Part shown: one piece after another, positions 12,481-25,279 of the stretch
How positions within the stretch are numbered: the first letter of the stretch is position 1
Layout: each line of letters opens with the position of its first letter
Origin: Podarcis bocagei
Lineage: Eukaryota
Reading direction: 5' to 3' (one strand)
NCBI GenBank assembly: GCA_964188305.1
Contig: OZ076890.1
DNA: 64,000 bases
Position numbers and translations under genes: made by a program
The notes under the pieces: model-generated
The model's database searches: none
Seen by the model: only the letters and a program-made list of their open reading frames with translations
What the model was told of the DNA's origin: nothing

Positions 12481-13050
12481 CATAAATATTCACAATTTGC
12501 ATATTGTTCATATTTCAGTTGTTCGGTCACATCAAGCATAAATGAAGGTTAGCAGTGGATGAAAACAGTGGTTCAGCCCTTAGTTTGGAGGTCTACTGTG
12601 GTTAGCCATAGCTTCCTCGATTTGCACACCATGGCAAACTACAATGATCTCAAACAATGAGAGGGAGGGTGGGGAGAAGAGCCCACCACCCCACAGGGTA
12701 AGGGCAGTGGGTAGTGGCAGCAACACCTCCTCCTTTGGCCAGTCCAGTTTCCCAGACTGTGGTTTGGCACCTACCTCTGTGATGTCTCAATATAACTACC
12801 TAAAACTCCATGGATAACTACCATGACAGAGATGGTTACACTACAGCTTCTCACCCTGAAATCTAGTTTTCTATGTGTGCAGGGGGGGGGTTAAGAAAGA
12901 GCAACAATATGGAGGCTTATCCGAATCATGTGATTCCTCACCTGTAGTCTGAAATGCAGCACTATAGTCATACGAGCCTCAACCCTCACCTAGATGTAAT
13001 CCCACACAAGAGAAGACTCTTGGTAAAAGCTTGAACCAGTGACAGGCCCC

Positions 13051-13599
13051 CAGGGCCAATGCTGTCATTAGGCCAAAGAGGCAGCCGCTCAGGGCATCAT
13101 CAGCATCATAATGTATTTATATCCCACCCACCTGGCTGGGTTTCCCCAGCCACTCTGCGCAACTCCCAACAGAATATTAAAAACATGATAAAACATCAAA
13201 CATTAATAACTTCCCTAAAGACGGTTGCTTTCAGATGTCTTCTAAAAGTCATATAGTTGTTTATTTCCTTGATATCTGATGGGAGGGAGTTCCACAGGGT
13301 GGGGGCCACTACCGAGAAGGCCCTCTGCCTGGTTCCACAGAGGGGCACAAACCTCAGAGGGGCACAGTACTGACCTTTGAGAGGCACAGTTTTATACAGA
13401 TTAGTTTTTGTCATTGCTTACAAATTTCTAATTATTTTAATTTTATATTTTGAAGAATTTTATCATTTCTACAATACATCTGTTTCTGACAATTTAGCAT
13501 TCTTTTTTTTGGGGGGGTGCAAATAGTTGGTGCAAAATAGCTTGCCCATGGGGCAAAAATGCATTGCATGGGGCACAAAACAGCCTGACACTGGTACTG
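13051..13599. mobile_element. hAT/Tip100-like MITE remnant hosting an L2 insertion
   Basis: cagggccaat start and actggtactg end; cttgcccatgggg subterminal motif. Confidence 0.4.
13110..13338 (-). mobile_element. L2-clade 3' end (young lacertid-type family)
   Basis: GTRQRAFSVVAPTLWNSLPSDIKEINNYMTFRRHLKA; same family at 28800, 35750, 45820, 54412. Confidence 0.85.
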
Positions 13600-14428
13600 C
13601 AACACGCCCCCCCCCAAAAAAAAACCCCCACATATTTAAGACACCTAGAACTCCTTATGGTGGGGGAGGGAATTAGTCATGATTGAATTACACATTGTTA
13701 GTTTTGCAAATCAGGCATTGGAAAAAATGATTCCTCTATTCAGAGTTTTGGATGAAACTTTGGATTGCAAAGCAAAGAACAGAACAGGTGTTGACATTTA
13801 TTCTACTACCTACTATTTTTCTATGTCAGCCTGTCTTCTTTTCAAGGTTGGCAACAGCTGAGGAATGCCACAGAAAGTCTAGCACTGTGTCATGTCTCAA
13901 AGAACTTATGCCTGCTTACAGAGTTCCTTTTCACTATTCCAACCACAAAGCATGCTCAGTTAACAATGAAGCTATTTATGCATTTTAGTAAACAAACACA
14001 TGAAGTCACACGTCTCTCTATGTAGATTTTTTTCAATAAAAAAACCACCACGGAATCTGAACACATGCTACAGTCGCCCAACTTAGTTCAGAGCACATCG
14101 GCACAACGCCTCATTTAGCTGTTGCATCAGTGCAGCAACATAAAGAAAAATTAACTTTTGCCAGAACACATGGGGCATGGTGTTCCTCAACCATTGTTCT
14201 TCATCAAGCAAATATCAAAAGAATTCTTTTAGGTCCTTGCCAAGCATAGGGTAGGCCCTAGTTAGGTATGTGCTATATGCAGGTAATAAATTAGTTCTGT
14301 CACAAGTTAAGTATTTGGAGATTTAACGGTACACAATTCAGTCCCTCCCTTGTGGTAGTTTGATGCCAACAGCTTTCGTCCCCACAAGCAAAGTGTTGTA
14401 TTTGAAAGAGAGTTGCGAACATCTAGGG

Positions 14429-14564
14429 CAGGCTTCCTCAACCTCAGCCCTCCAGATGTTTTTGGCCTACAACTCCCATGATCCCTAGCTAGCAGGACCA
14501 GTGGTCAGGGATGATGGGAACTGTAGTCTCAAAAGATCTGGAGGGCCGAGGTTGAGGAAATCTG
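14429..14564. mobile_element. hAT/Charlie-like palindromic MITE
   Basis: CAGGCTTCCTCAACCTC...GAGGTTGAGGAAATCTG; 8-bp TSD atctaggg/gtctaggg. Confidence 0.88.
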
Positions 14565-14626
14565 GTCTAGGGCAAGGTTGATGAACCTTTTTGGCTCCAA
14601 GCTCACAAGTATGGGACCAGCTAGAT

Positions 14627-14762
14627 CAGGGTTTCCCAAACTCAGGTTTCCAACTGGTTTTGGACTACAACTCCCATCATCCCTAGCTAGCAGGACCAGT
14701 GGTCAGGGATGATGGGAATAGTAGTCCAAAAACAGCTGGAGACCCAAGTCTGGCAAACCCTG
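14627..14762. mobile_element. hAT/Charlie-like palindromic MITE
   Basis: CAGGGTTTCCCAAACT...GGCAAACCCTG; perfect 8-bp TSD agctagat. Confidence 0.9.
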
Positions 14763-16431
14763 AGCTAGATCAAGGACCGTGGCTAACATGTGATGGACAC
14801 ACCCAGATGTTGCTGCATTTCATCATTAATGTTCCATCATTACCATGACAGCTGGTGCTGAGAGGAGTTGTCTGGAGGACCACGCGTTAGCCACTCCTGA
14901 ACTAGACCAAGATGGAAGTATTAAAAATCAATATAAAGAGAAGGCATTTGGGGATAAATATCAACTTTGCAATTAATTTCATGAATCACCAGCCCACACA
15001 GATTGCGACAAGCCTTCTTGTCTGCATACCTATGTTAGCCACTTGTGGCTAGCCTGAAAGAAGAAAAGATCCAACCACCCTCCAACTTGTTCTTGCAAAT
15101 ATCCTGCCTCCAGTTGCCAGGATAGAAATCTTAGTCACAGCAGGCAACGAGGCAAGTAGAAATTTGAAAGCCTAAATTACACACCCACTCTTACTCTCTG
15201 GAACCAAAACATTGCACGCAAAGGAGTTTCTCATCGGTACAGCTTTTGTAACTAAAAATGTGTATTATAGTGATATCTTCCGGGATAAACATTAAAAGCA
15301 ATGGAAAGGAAAGGAAAGCACCACGTATAAATAGGGAAAAGTAGAATTCTCATTGAGAATACCAAAATCCCAACTCTGAAGAGCAGTTTGTTAATTTAGA
15401 CAATTTACACACCGCTTATCATTTTTGGCAAAATCCCTAAGTGGTTTACGGAAATTGTAAAATCAAAATACAGAAAATACAACAAAGTAATACAAACAAA
15501 ATATCAGCATATAATATATTGTAAAAATTCCATGATGTAGAACAACAAGTAAGCAATTCAACAGGATTACAGAGGTGCCCTCCAGCTATTGTTGGACTAC
15601 AAATCCCATCATCCCTGACCTATTGCCCATGCTGACTAGGCTGATAAAAGCTGTAGTCCAATAACATCTGGAGGGAATTATGATGGCTACCTTTGCCGTT
15701 AACAGGATCACACTATTATATGGGATGCAAAGACTCACAATATGCGGTAACCAGTATGCCTCTACTTCAGGCTCCTATGTTCCCTTCTCCTCCTCCCATT
15801 TATGTGCTCCAACTTGCCCCAAGCAACAAATGATGGAACTATTTGTAGGCTATGAAGGGAAGCCCTGGGAACCTACAGCACAGTCGCAATGACCAAGCCA
15901 TGATTCAGTGGTTACACATGAACATAGCTACTGGATTTTTAAAAAGTGGCGTGCCCTTTATTTACATACTTTCCAGCATAACCAACACACCCAATTCATC
16001 CATAAAACTTCCTCTGTTTTCCAACTGAGCAATTGATTTCCTAGGTAGAAATATTCTCTGAGAAAGTCAAAAGGGCATTTGTTACTGAAAATAAAATTAT
16101 AATTATTACCTAGTAATACCTAGTGGAAGAGGAGTGGAGAACGTGTGGCACACTAGATATTGTTGGACTACAGCTCTCATGATCACCAAACACTGGCCAT
16201 ATTGGCTGGGGCTAATGGGAGCTGGAGTCTGAAAGACCACAGGTTCCCCATCCTCAACCTAGAAGTTTGGTATCTTGTATACATTCAGCAGAATATTGTA
16301 CTATATTGTGCTTCTGGCTATGAAACCTCATTAACAGTAAGCACCTTATCTTGGAAGATGGAGCCAGTGTCAAGCAGTCTACGAATGAGAGAGAGGTTGT
16401 GCTCAGTTGTAACTCTTAACTATTGTATAGT

Positions 16432-16565
16432 GTAGGGAAAGGGAATCTGTGGCCCTCTAGATGTTCCTGGGACTCCAGCTCCCATCAGCCCCAGCCAGCA
16501 TGGTCACTGAACAGTGATGATGGGAGTTGATGTTAGACAACACCTGGACAGGTTCTCCATCCCTG
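16432..16565. mobile_element. Degenerate hAT MITE
   Basis: Shared ctcccatca...tgatgggagttg palindromic core; similar relics near 15570-15680, 16130-16260, 24590-24720, 27455-27592, 28600-28706, 40617-40730, 45100-45222, 51720-51855. Confidence 0.6.
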
Positions 16566-16859
16566 ACTGAACTCTACTTGAACAAGCCTGAGTTCCATGC
16601 ACACACCCACTCCCCTCTCTCCTATGGTGTCGTCACAATGAGATCACTTTGCATTTTCTCAGCTGTGGTTTGTCATTACATCCAGACTCCAACTAGACAC
16701 AACTAGCATGTGTTGGTATTGTAATCCACCAACATCTGGCAGGCCACATGCTTTGTGGAGAAACAGGAGGATGGCGCAGATGGTCCAGAGGAACATTACA
16801 TTACAAGACTGTACAGAACAAATTGTTCCCAGCGTACAGTAATCATTGAAGTTTAATGC

Positions 16860-17340
16860 TTACTCAAGTGAAGATTTGAAATATCCCAAAAAGATCCTGG
16901 AGGATTTAGACATTTCATCAGTTATTATATTTGAATAAGTCAAGATACTTCCTTATTCCAAACACTGCATCATTTTGTACATTAAATAAAAAGCAATGAG
17001 AAGACAAGATATATACTTGATCCAGGTCAAGATATTTGGCAATGAAATATAAATTGAGGTGGTCTTGAAAGGGAACAAAACATTGGGGTTTTGTCTTCCA
17101 TGAAAACCCCACTTTCCTTAAAGTGATATATATCTTTGTGTTCTTTCCTATTCTTTTTAACATCTGCAATAAACTACCCATATTTATTACCACAACCAAC
17201 ACGTATTTTGGCATAGAATCTTGGCAAAAGTGACTGTTTGGCAAGAAGCTGGACTTGTGGTTCACTAAAGAAAAAGGAAAAACTCTTAAAAAGGTCATAT
17301 TTCATGTGGATCATTCTTTATGACCATAAAGTAATTTGGC
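16860..17340 (-). mobile_element. Old L1-clade ORF2 fragment
   Basis: Frameshifted L1-like C-terminal motifs (KPQCF; K-W-rich end); A-rich on the minus strand. Confidence 0.5.
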
Positions 17341-17922
17341 TTAAATAGAAGACAAACTATGATATCATCGTATACTAAATTGCATACAAAACACACCAAG
17401 TCAGATGACAGAAGAAAAAAATGCCAAAAAAAAGAGAGCATTCCCTGTATCTTCAAATTCCAGCTGCAGAGTAGCATTATTTATCAGAAAGAACAGCAAG
17501 AAGGCCTTAGGAATGATTGCTATTTGACACATCTAACTACACAACAACAAAAACCAATAAAACACATTACTATAAAAGACAGGATCCTTACTGTGTCCTA
17601 TTCTAGAGATATATACAATTGAGATAAGATGCTTGATTGTCCAACCAAGCAGAATGAAATCTGTAAAAATTGGTCAGCATCACATTCTTAATTTGGTGTG
17701 ATGCCGTAGCCCTGTTCTGTATACTTCACATCTAGGCCTGGCCCTGAATACTTCATAGAAGACTTTCTCCTTTACCTGCCTCTTGCTGGTCCTCAGTGGG
17801 CAAGACCACACCTGAGGCCTTCTCCACAGGGGCCCCTTCCTTGAACAAACTTCCTTTTTAATCAATAGTCCTCTTTGGTCAGCTCATTTCCTTTCAATCA
17901 GAAGAGCTTTTAGTTGCTAATA

Positions 17923-18164
17923 CAGTGGTACCTCAGGTTACAGATGCTTCAGGTTACATACGCTTTGGGTTACAGACTCCACTAACCCAGAAATATTACC
18001 TCGGGTTAAGAACTTTGCTTCAGGATGAGAACAGAAATCGTGCAGTGGCGGCGTGGCAGCAGCAGGAGGCCCCATTAGCTAAAGTGGTGCTTCAGGTTAA
18101 GAACAGTTGCAAGTTAAGAATGGACCTCCAGAACAAATAAAGTACTTAACCCAAGGTACCACTG
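17923..18164 (-). mobile_element. Tigger-like MITE family A, copy 4 (inverted)
   Basis: TA|CAGTGGTACCTCAGG...CCAAGGTACCACTG|TA. Confidence 0.92.
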
Positions 18165-18317
18165 TACGGCAGAGCTGAGGATTTGGGGGCAAGGAAAGTT
18201 GCTAAGCATTCTCTGGCTGTTGTGACAACTCCTTGGCTGTTGTAGTTGTTGAGTTTTGATCAAAATGTTGCTGTGTATTGGATTTTAACTTTTGTGAGAC
18301 ACCTTGGGAGTGGGTGG

Positions 18318-18350
18318 ATAGATTAGATTAGATTAGATTAGATAGATAGA
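18318..18350. repeat. (TAGAT)n/(GATA)n simple repeat
   Basis: Direct reading. Confidence 0.9.
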
Positions 18351-20060
18351 TATAGAAATTTAACATTTAAGTGTTGAGAATCAGGTCCTCCAAGAAGGGA
18401 TACAGGAGCTACTGCTGTTTCAGGGCCCTCAGAGGTACCAGACTGTTCCAGCAGCTTTTTCTATTAGGGTGTGATATAAATGTAGTCCGGGGTGGGAGTG
18501 CCTTTTTGGCTGCACAGGCCAAATTTGGCACAGGCCAGATTATTGTCATCCATCTGACAATACTGTTGGGACTTCAAAGCACTTTGCAACGCACTGCTAA
18601 AATGGAGGCTTCCATACAAAATGATTTGCAAAAGGAGTTTGCATGAAATCCTGGCATACTGAGCAGGATTTGACCCACCACCACCACCCACTTTGAGTGG
18701 TTAAATCCAATCAGTTTCACAGCTGGGGAGAGGTGTGCTCAGTCCAAGTGAACAAGATTTAAAATGAGCAGGGGGGTTAAATCCTGTTGCTTTGTCTACA
18801 TGACCCTGTTCTCTGTGGGGAACAGGCATGCGCAGCCAAAGCAGGGTTTAGCCCTCTTCTCCCAGGTGACATCAGCTGAGAGGCTGGGGGCATGTTTTGG
18901 GAGAAATGGCCTTGCAAGCCATCTTCGCCACCTCTGCTTTAAATAAATGGTTATTGCAGCTGTGATACTTAAATGAATGCTCCACCACGTCCTATGTACC
19001 CTTTTCATTCAGTACTGTCTTCAGAAATACCTTTCTACTTTGTCGTATTCCGACTTCCCCTTATGACAAAAACTAACATTTGACTGTATCCACTCACAGG
19101 ACCCAATGACCAGGGATCATATACTCCTTCTTTTTTCATATCTGAAATGTAGCAGCCTTATTGCAGTTTTGTTCTTTTTTCTTTGTGGGCCACAATATGG
19201 TGGTAAATCACATATCACACCTGTTCTATAGATGGAGTTTGAATGTTAAGGTCTCGAGGGAGTCATTTCAGTCACTGGGCCATCCAACATGAAACATGTT
19301 TGATCGAATCTAGATGCCTTTGGTTGCTGACATTTTGAGACTCAATGTTATAAAATAGTTATTTGGAATTCTAGACGATGTATGGGAATTGTCCGTCCTT
19401 GTGATATATGGAAAGCGTTGGTGAGTTTCACTTCACATGCTGAAATAAATGCATTGTTTCTTACCAAGCAGGGGGGCAGGGATGACAAGGAAAGGTTTTG
19501 AACTTTGCACCGAAGAAAAAGATCCCCTTATTCCTTATGTTCAAAGAATAGATTTTTGTGTCCTACAGTTGTTGAATTTCTTGTTTCACTATTCAGCAGA
19601 GAACCTTATTTGCATTAAAAACCTCTTTCAATGCTTTAATCTAATGAGCAAGCTATGGGACGGCAGAAACCACAGGAGATACTCCTGAGTTTGGATAGCT
19701 GTTCATTGTTACAGAACTACAATAATTCTTCTTTCTTGCCTGGGTGGGAGATGGGGAGTTGTGTGGTATATGTTGAAAACCTCTGGCAAGGTACATAAAT
19801 CTCCACCCCAATTTGAACCACACCCACCATAGCCCTTCCCAGTTCTGAAGTGAAGCAGCCCACTTTCACTCTCCCAAGAGAATGAGTGGAAAATTCCTAT
19901 ACCCGTGTCATTTGTTGCAAAGGTCTGAAGTCACAAAATTCATGTGGGCTTTTGGCACTGAGTGTATTAAATTGTGTATTAAGTCAGATATACAAATCTG
20001 ATGCACAAATATTCAGCCATGTCTCCAGCCTGACCAGGGCCACGGGGAAATCCTCTACAG

Positions 20061-20390
20061 CAGGGACGTCCAACTTCCAAGGAACTGCGATCTACTCACA
20101 CGATTAAAATCTGGAAGTGATCTACCCCTTTTTCTTGGTGTTCAGGTCAAAGTTGTTGAACTGTTTTTAGGGGGGAACGTCCAGCTTTTGGGGGGTTTCA
20201 GGTCTAAAAAATGAAAAAAGCCGCTCAGCGATAGATCAGCCTCACAGTGAAAACTCCATCTTACGTACTAGTGATCTAGAGGACAGGGGGAGGGGCAGGG
20301 CCGGATGGAGGATCCAGCGATCTACTGTAATCTACCAAAACGTCCCGGGGATCAACTAGTCAATCCCAATCGACCTGTTGGACATCCCTG
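20061..20390. mobile_element. hAT non-autonomous element
   Basis: TIR CAGGGACGTCCAAC / GTTGGACATCCCTG; perfect 8-bp TSD ctctacag; repeated gatcta motifs. Confidence 0.9.
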
Positions 20391-22369
20391 CTCTACAGCA
20401 TCCAACATTTATACATTACTGATGCCATATCTAAACAGCACAAGTCGTGTCCCACACGGTGCAAAAAAATTTCTGCATGCAGAGGCTCGAGCAGTCGATC
20501 TTCTCTTGTACGACATTTTGATTTACAGAATCTGGATCCAGACATAGATTGCAAACTAGGGCAATTGCTGCAGAATTGACACTATGTGTTCCTGACAGCC
20601 TACAACAGAGTGGCAGACACATATTGCAACAATGTCACAGTATCAAATCCAGTTGAGTTGCTACTAAGGTATATGAATTGCTATGGCTAGGTCATTCTTC
20701 TCCAAGGACAGATGTAGCTGGCAAACCAGTTCAAACTGGAAAAATATATTCCTGGCCAGAGCTTGGGTGTGCGTTATGCTTGGGTTTTTCTATGCCCCAC
20801 TGAACCTATGTGGGTTTGGGCACGGTTTCAATAGACAGTGAAAAGGTAATGAAATTGCCCCAGTCTCACCTCTTCACTAAAACAAGAGGAATTAGGTCCA
20901 CGGAAGGATTTCAGGCAAAGTTAAGGGCAGTGCATTGTTTTGCCTTTAAATCAAATGCCACCAACGGTATTTTAAAATGTCATTTCTGCCAGGCACAGTA
21001 CACTTGCAACTCTTGAATACAAGCACAGAATGGCAGTAACCATTAAGTGAGATGCTAATAGTCCTTATTTGGATTGCAGCACACTGTTGTCTTCTTTTAA
21101 TTCTCAAACTATTAAAACAATCCATATTAAATTAGATTACAAGTTATAATATGCTAATTGCCACCAGCAGCCATTTAATCAAAAGCATAATGCATTCTTT
21201 TGTGAAGCTCTTGTACAAAATATCAACAGTCTTCATGTTTAATTAAAGAGGGGGGGGGGAGTTGAACATTTGAAACCTTTGAAGAAACATCTTCTCATTA
21301 TAGCCAGAAGAGACCTCTTTTGCAAGTTTAAAGTGCAAAGCAAGTTTAGAGCGCCATTCCTACTACGAGCAGAATGAAATTGATGCCGGCCGGCCTAGGT
21401 CAATGGCAATCTGGAAAATTAGGCCAATGGTCTGGATTTAAGCACAGCTAATTGTGGAAACCTTGTAGCTAAAGACCCATTTTCTCATGTCCTGACTCAG
21501 ATGGCAGAGAGCACAGATCTGTGGGGAGACATACATTCAGACTGAATGCTAATCCAACCAAATTAACTCTCCGCCCCTCTTTTTGTCTTTTGCTTCAAGA
21601 TTCAGGAATGAGATGAAAGGGGAGAAATTAGTCGGTTGCATTGTCAATTTAGTTAAGCAGCTCATTAATAAATTTAGTTAAGTGATGATAAGATTTATAT
21701 TGATTAAGAGCTGGAAATAAAAGCCTTCAAGCCTGGGGAGAGAGCAGGCACTGGGTGGGCCAGATCGTTATGTCACCCCACCCACTGTAGGTCAGGTTTG
21801 ACAGGTGAGCTTTTTGACATCAGGTGAGCTTTTCTGTCCACAAGGGTCTTCCAAAACCCCTTTCAACCCCTTTCAATGCATTGTTTTGTGGAGTATTTGA
21901 ATGGGGTTTCTGCATATCTGAGACTGGTGTTCTTGCAAAAAAAAAAAAAATTGTGAAAATACCAACATCAATGCAGGATTTAACCCTAGCCTCCTGCCCT
22001 GAAGTCTTCAATACATTCATTAGATGGTGAAGAGATGAATTGACACCTAGGGGAAGTTTGAGATAGGAAATCACCACAGTTCAAGCCTTACCATGGTGTG
22101 AATTACTGTCCCAAGACTAGCCAATTCAGGAGCAGGCACACTCATTTGTCCATGTGAAAGTACTTCAATGTGGGGAGGAGAGCATATTATGCTTTGCTGT
22201 TTTGCAGAGGTAGCGTTGCACTTAAACAGCCCATCAGTGTTTAAAGTTAGAGGACAACAGAGCAGTTAGAACTTTAGAAATCACAGCTGCAAAATTACAT
22301 TTCAAAGACGGGCTTCTGTACCATAAACCACTCACATCATTCAGCCAACTTCCCTAGGTTCTCACCACT

Positions 22370-22441
22370 AAAATCATAGAATTGTAGATTTGGAAGGGAC
22401 CCAACTGGTCATCTATTCCAACCCTCCTGCAATGCAGGAAT
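22370..22441 (-). mobile_element. CR1-type 3' tail
   Basis: atcatagaattgtagatttggaagggaccc...tccaaccc; similar tail at ~41668-41720. Confidence 0.55.
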
Positions 22442-22731
22442 TAAGAGTGCACATCCTTTATAAGGCTCAAGCTACCTGTAGCTGTCATGTTTTTAAAAAA
22501 CAACAACATCTCCCTGCGCTTCAGTATATCTGAACGAGCACAAGCTGTCACCCACTTCTGTGCAAAACGGTCCTATCTGACCATTTTCTTTACCCCTTCC
22601 TGAGCTCCACCTGCACCACCCATTGCCTCTGAGAAGAGGAAAAGGGGTGGGATGGTGGGCTGAGCAAAGAAGAGTCCTTTCTGGCTTCCCCTTAGTTAGA
22701 AGAAAAGAAAGATCCTGAACATGCTTGGAAG

Positions 22732-23168
22732 CAGTGCTATTTTTCTAGAAAAAGAGGTGCCAGAACTCACCCTTGTTCTCTTATGATGGCAATGGCGCCA
22801 CCTGAGAGGTGCCAGAATTGAGAGCCTAGGACTTGCCAATCAGAAGGCTGGCAGTTCGAATCCCCGTGATTGGGTGAGCTCCTATTGGTAGGTCCCTGCT
22901 CCTGCCAACCTAGCAGTTCGAAAGCACATCAAAGTGCAAGTAGATAAATAGGTACCGCTCTGGCGGGAAGGTAAACGGCATTTCTGTGCGCTGCTCTGGT
23001 TCACCAGAAGCGGCTTAGTCATGCTGGCCACATGACCCGGAAGCTGTACGCCGGCTCCCTCAGCCAATAAAGTGAGATGAGCGCCGCAACCCCAGAGTCA
23101 GCCACGACTGGACCTAATGGTCAGGGGTCCCTTTACCTTTTAAGTTCCAGCTGCACAAAAAAGCCCTG
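22732..23168. mobile_element. hAT-like MITE split by a Sauria SINE
   Basis: CAGTGCTATTTTT...AAAAAAGCCCTG; near-TSD cttggaag/cttaggag. Confidence 0.65.
22821..23140 (+). mobile_element. Sauria SINE, 5'-truncated
   Basis: Colinear with 59444-59797; ends ggtcaggggtccctttaccttt. Confidence 0.9.
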
Positions 23169-23957
23169 CTTAGGAGTGTCATTTCTGTATGGGAAGCCTG
23201 GGATTTGAAGTTTCTGATGCTTCCTAATTCCAGAAAGCTACCGAGAAATGTTTTTCAACTAACCGGAGTTTGCCCATCACTGTAGCAAAGCAAGTCCAGT
23301 CTGCTGCTGCTGCTGCAACAATAACAACAACAAGGTGCCATTGTGAAATTGGGACAGGACTAGGAAATATGACTACTGTGAAACAAGTTTGCTCTTGCTC
23401 CATCATAACTAGCACTAGGACCGGAGGCCATTTGTCAGACAGTTCAGTCACGTCACCGCGGTTCTTTCCGAAATGCCCGTGGATTTTGAACAAAGCCATG
23501 GCAATAAAAATGACAGAGTTAAGTCATTATTATGATCATGAAGTTGGTCCCTAATGTGAAATGCACACAAAAGAGTTTGGACACTTTGGATTAATGGAAA
23601 GCCAGCAAGACCTCCATCTCCCAGCTGTTTCCATCGTTATTCCTCAACGTGCCGAGGCTGCTTGAGATCGTTTCTCCTTTGCCTCATTCAGTTTTTCATC
23701 TAGTAACTCATTCCACATGCTTGTTACCAAGAGCAGAAAGCAGGAGAGAAGTCCTATCAAATTCTCTCCTATAAAGCAGATTTCTTGGTAAGCACCAAAC
23801 ATAGGGCCTGTAATAAGTGAAACCGTTCATCAAAACACACCGTGACTGAATGAGATATGTTACACAATGCTGTTTGGAACACATACAAAATGATATAAGT
23901 AAGCCTAGATAATGGGGATCATTTTCCTTGTTGCTATTAGGATGCAGGCCTGGTTTT

Positions 23958-23959
<2 letters not shown>

Positions 23960-23997
<38 letters not shown>
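23960..23997. repeat. (TG)n microsatellite
   Basis: Direct reading. Confidence 0.98.
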
Positions 23998-24000
<3 letters not shown>

Positions 24001-25279
24001 TTTTACATCTCCTCTCTATTTCTTGATGACAATAAAATGTACCCAGGGCAATATGATTCATGCTATTATATGCAGATTGCAACCTCGTTTTTTATTATTA
24101 AAAGAAAAACCACCTGGGATTTAGGTTTCTCCACATTCTGAATCTGTAAGGTCGCATCCTTGATTTTGCTGCTCCCAAAAGAAAGGGCATTGGAAACAGA
24201 GCAGCTCTACAATGTCACCATTTGCGTTAGAGGACAGAAGAAAATTTCTCCTCTCCTCTTCCAGATATAGCCTGTTCCTTGCTTCCTTTACCCGCAGTCC
24301 CTCCCCGTTGGAGTCCCTGGATGCATTTATCATGTTTATTAAAAGCATTGCCTTCAGCGTGGAACTGCCCTTCCTGGGTCCCCTCTGATTCAGGGAGTAA
24401 ATTTTATACAGAAACTTAAAAGGAGAAAGAAAGTGACGACGGTTAGAATAAACACACACACCGAAAACGGCTTGGGAGCCGAGGTAAAAGATGATCTTTT
24501 AACTGCATGGATTTTTATAGGGACAGAGAAGACAAGACAAGGGAACGCCTACAGCCCTTAGCTGAAAGAGCAGTGTTTGTAAAGCTTGTGTTGCACCAGC
24601 CTTTCCCAACCTGCATATGTTCAACTCCAGCTCCCATTAACCCCCCATACAGCATGGCCAGTGGCCCCGAGTTGATGGGAACCACGTCTGGAGGGCATCT
24701 GGTTAGAGAAGGCTACATTACCCAATAAAGATTCTTCGCCAAGATCAACCAGACTTTTTGAGTACATGTCTGAGACAGTAAACAGGAGCCCATTTAGCTC
24801 ACTTATACTTGCATCATCATCATCAAACAGTAACACAGTTTCCTAGACTGCATTGCTCCAGGCTTCGGCATACCCTCCAACATTTCACTGTCGAAAAGAG
24901 AGACTTATGAAATCGCAACACCCCTGTTTTCATAACAAGGATCCCTCTTTCTGACAATTACCTTGTTTCTGCCATCAATCATTGAGAAATGTCTCTCAGC
25001 ACCTGCAGGGCATGGCAGTGGAAGGCTGTGCACCTCAAAGTGCCTTAACATACCTGTGCATTCTTCAGCATTTTGAACATTCTAGAATTCGTAAAACATT
25101 TTTTTTAAGAGCTCGACTTTGCTCTTCAGCTGCCCGGGTTTTTATTACTTTTCTCCCATATTTTGCTGCCATCTAAAACCAGCAAATAAATGTATTTATA
25201 TATTTCGCTGTGATTAAGCTTTTGTTCACACTTTTATATAATGCCCTGGTGAAGGGCAGTAAGTGTGTGTGTGTGTAAA

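Noticed and set aside
14429-14762. pre-miRNA hairpins
   Set aside because: The hairpins are explained by MITE palindromy with 8-bp TSDs; no known mature miRNA was recognised
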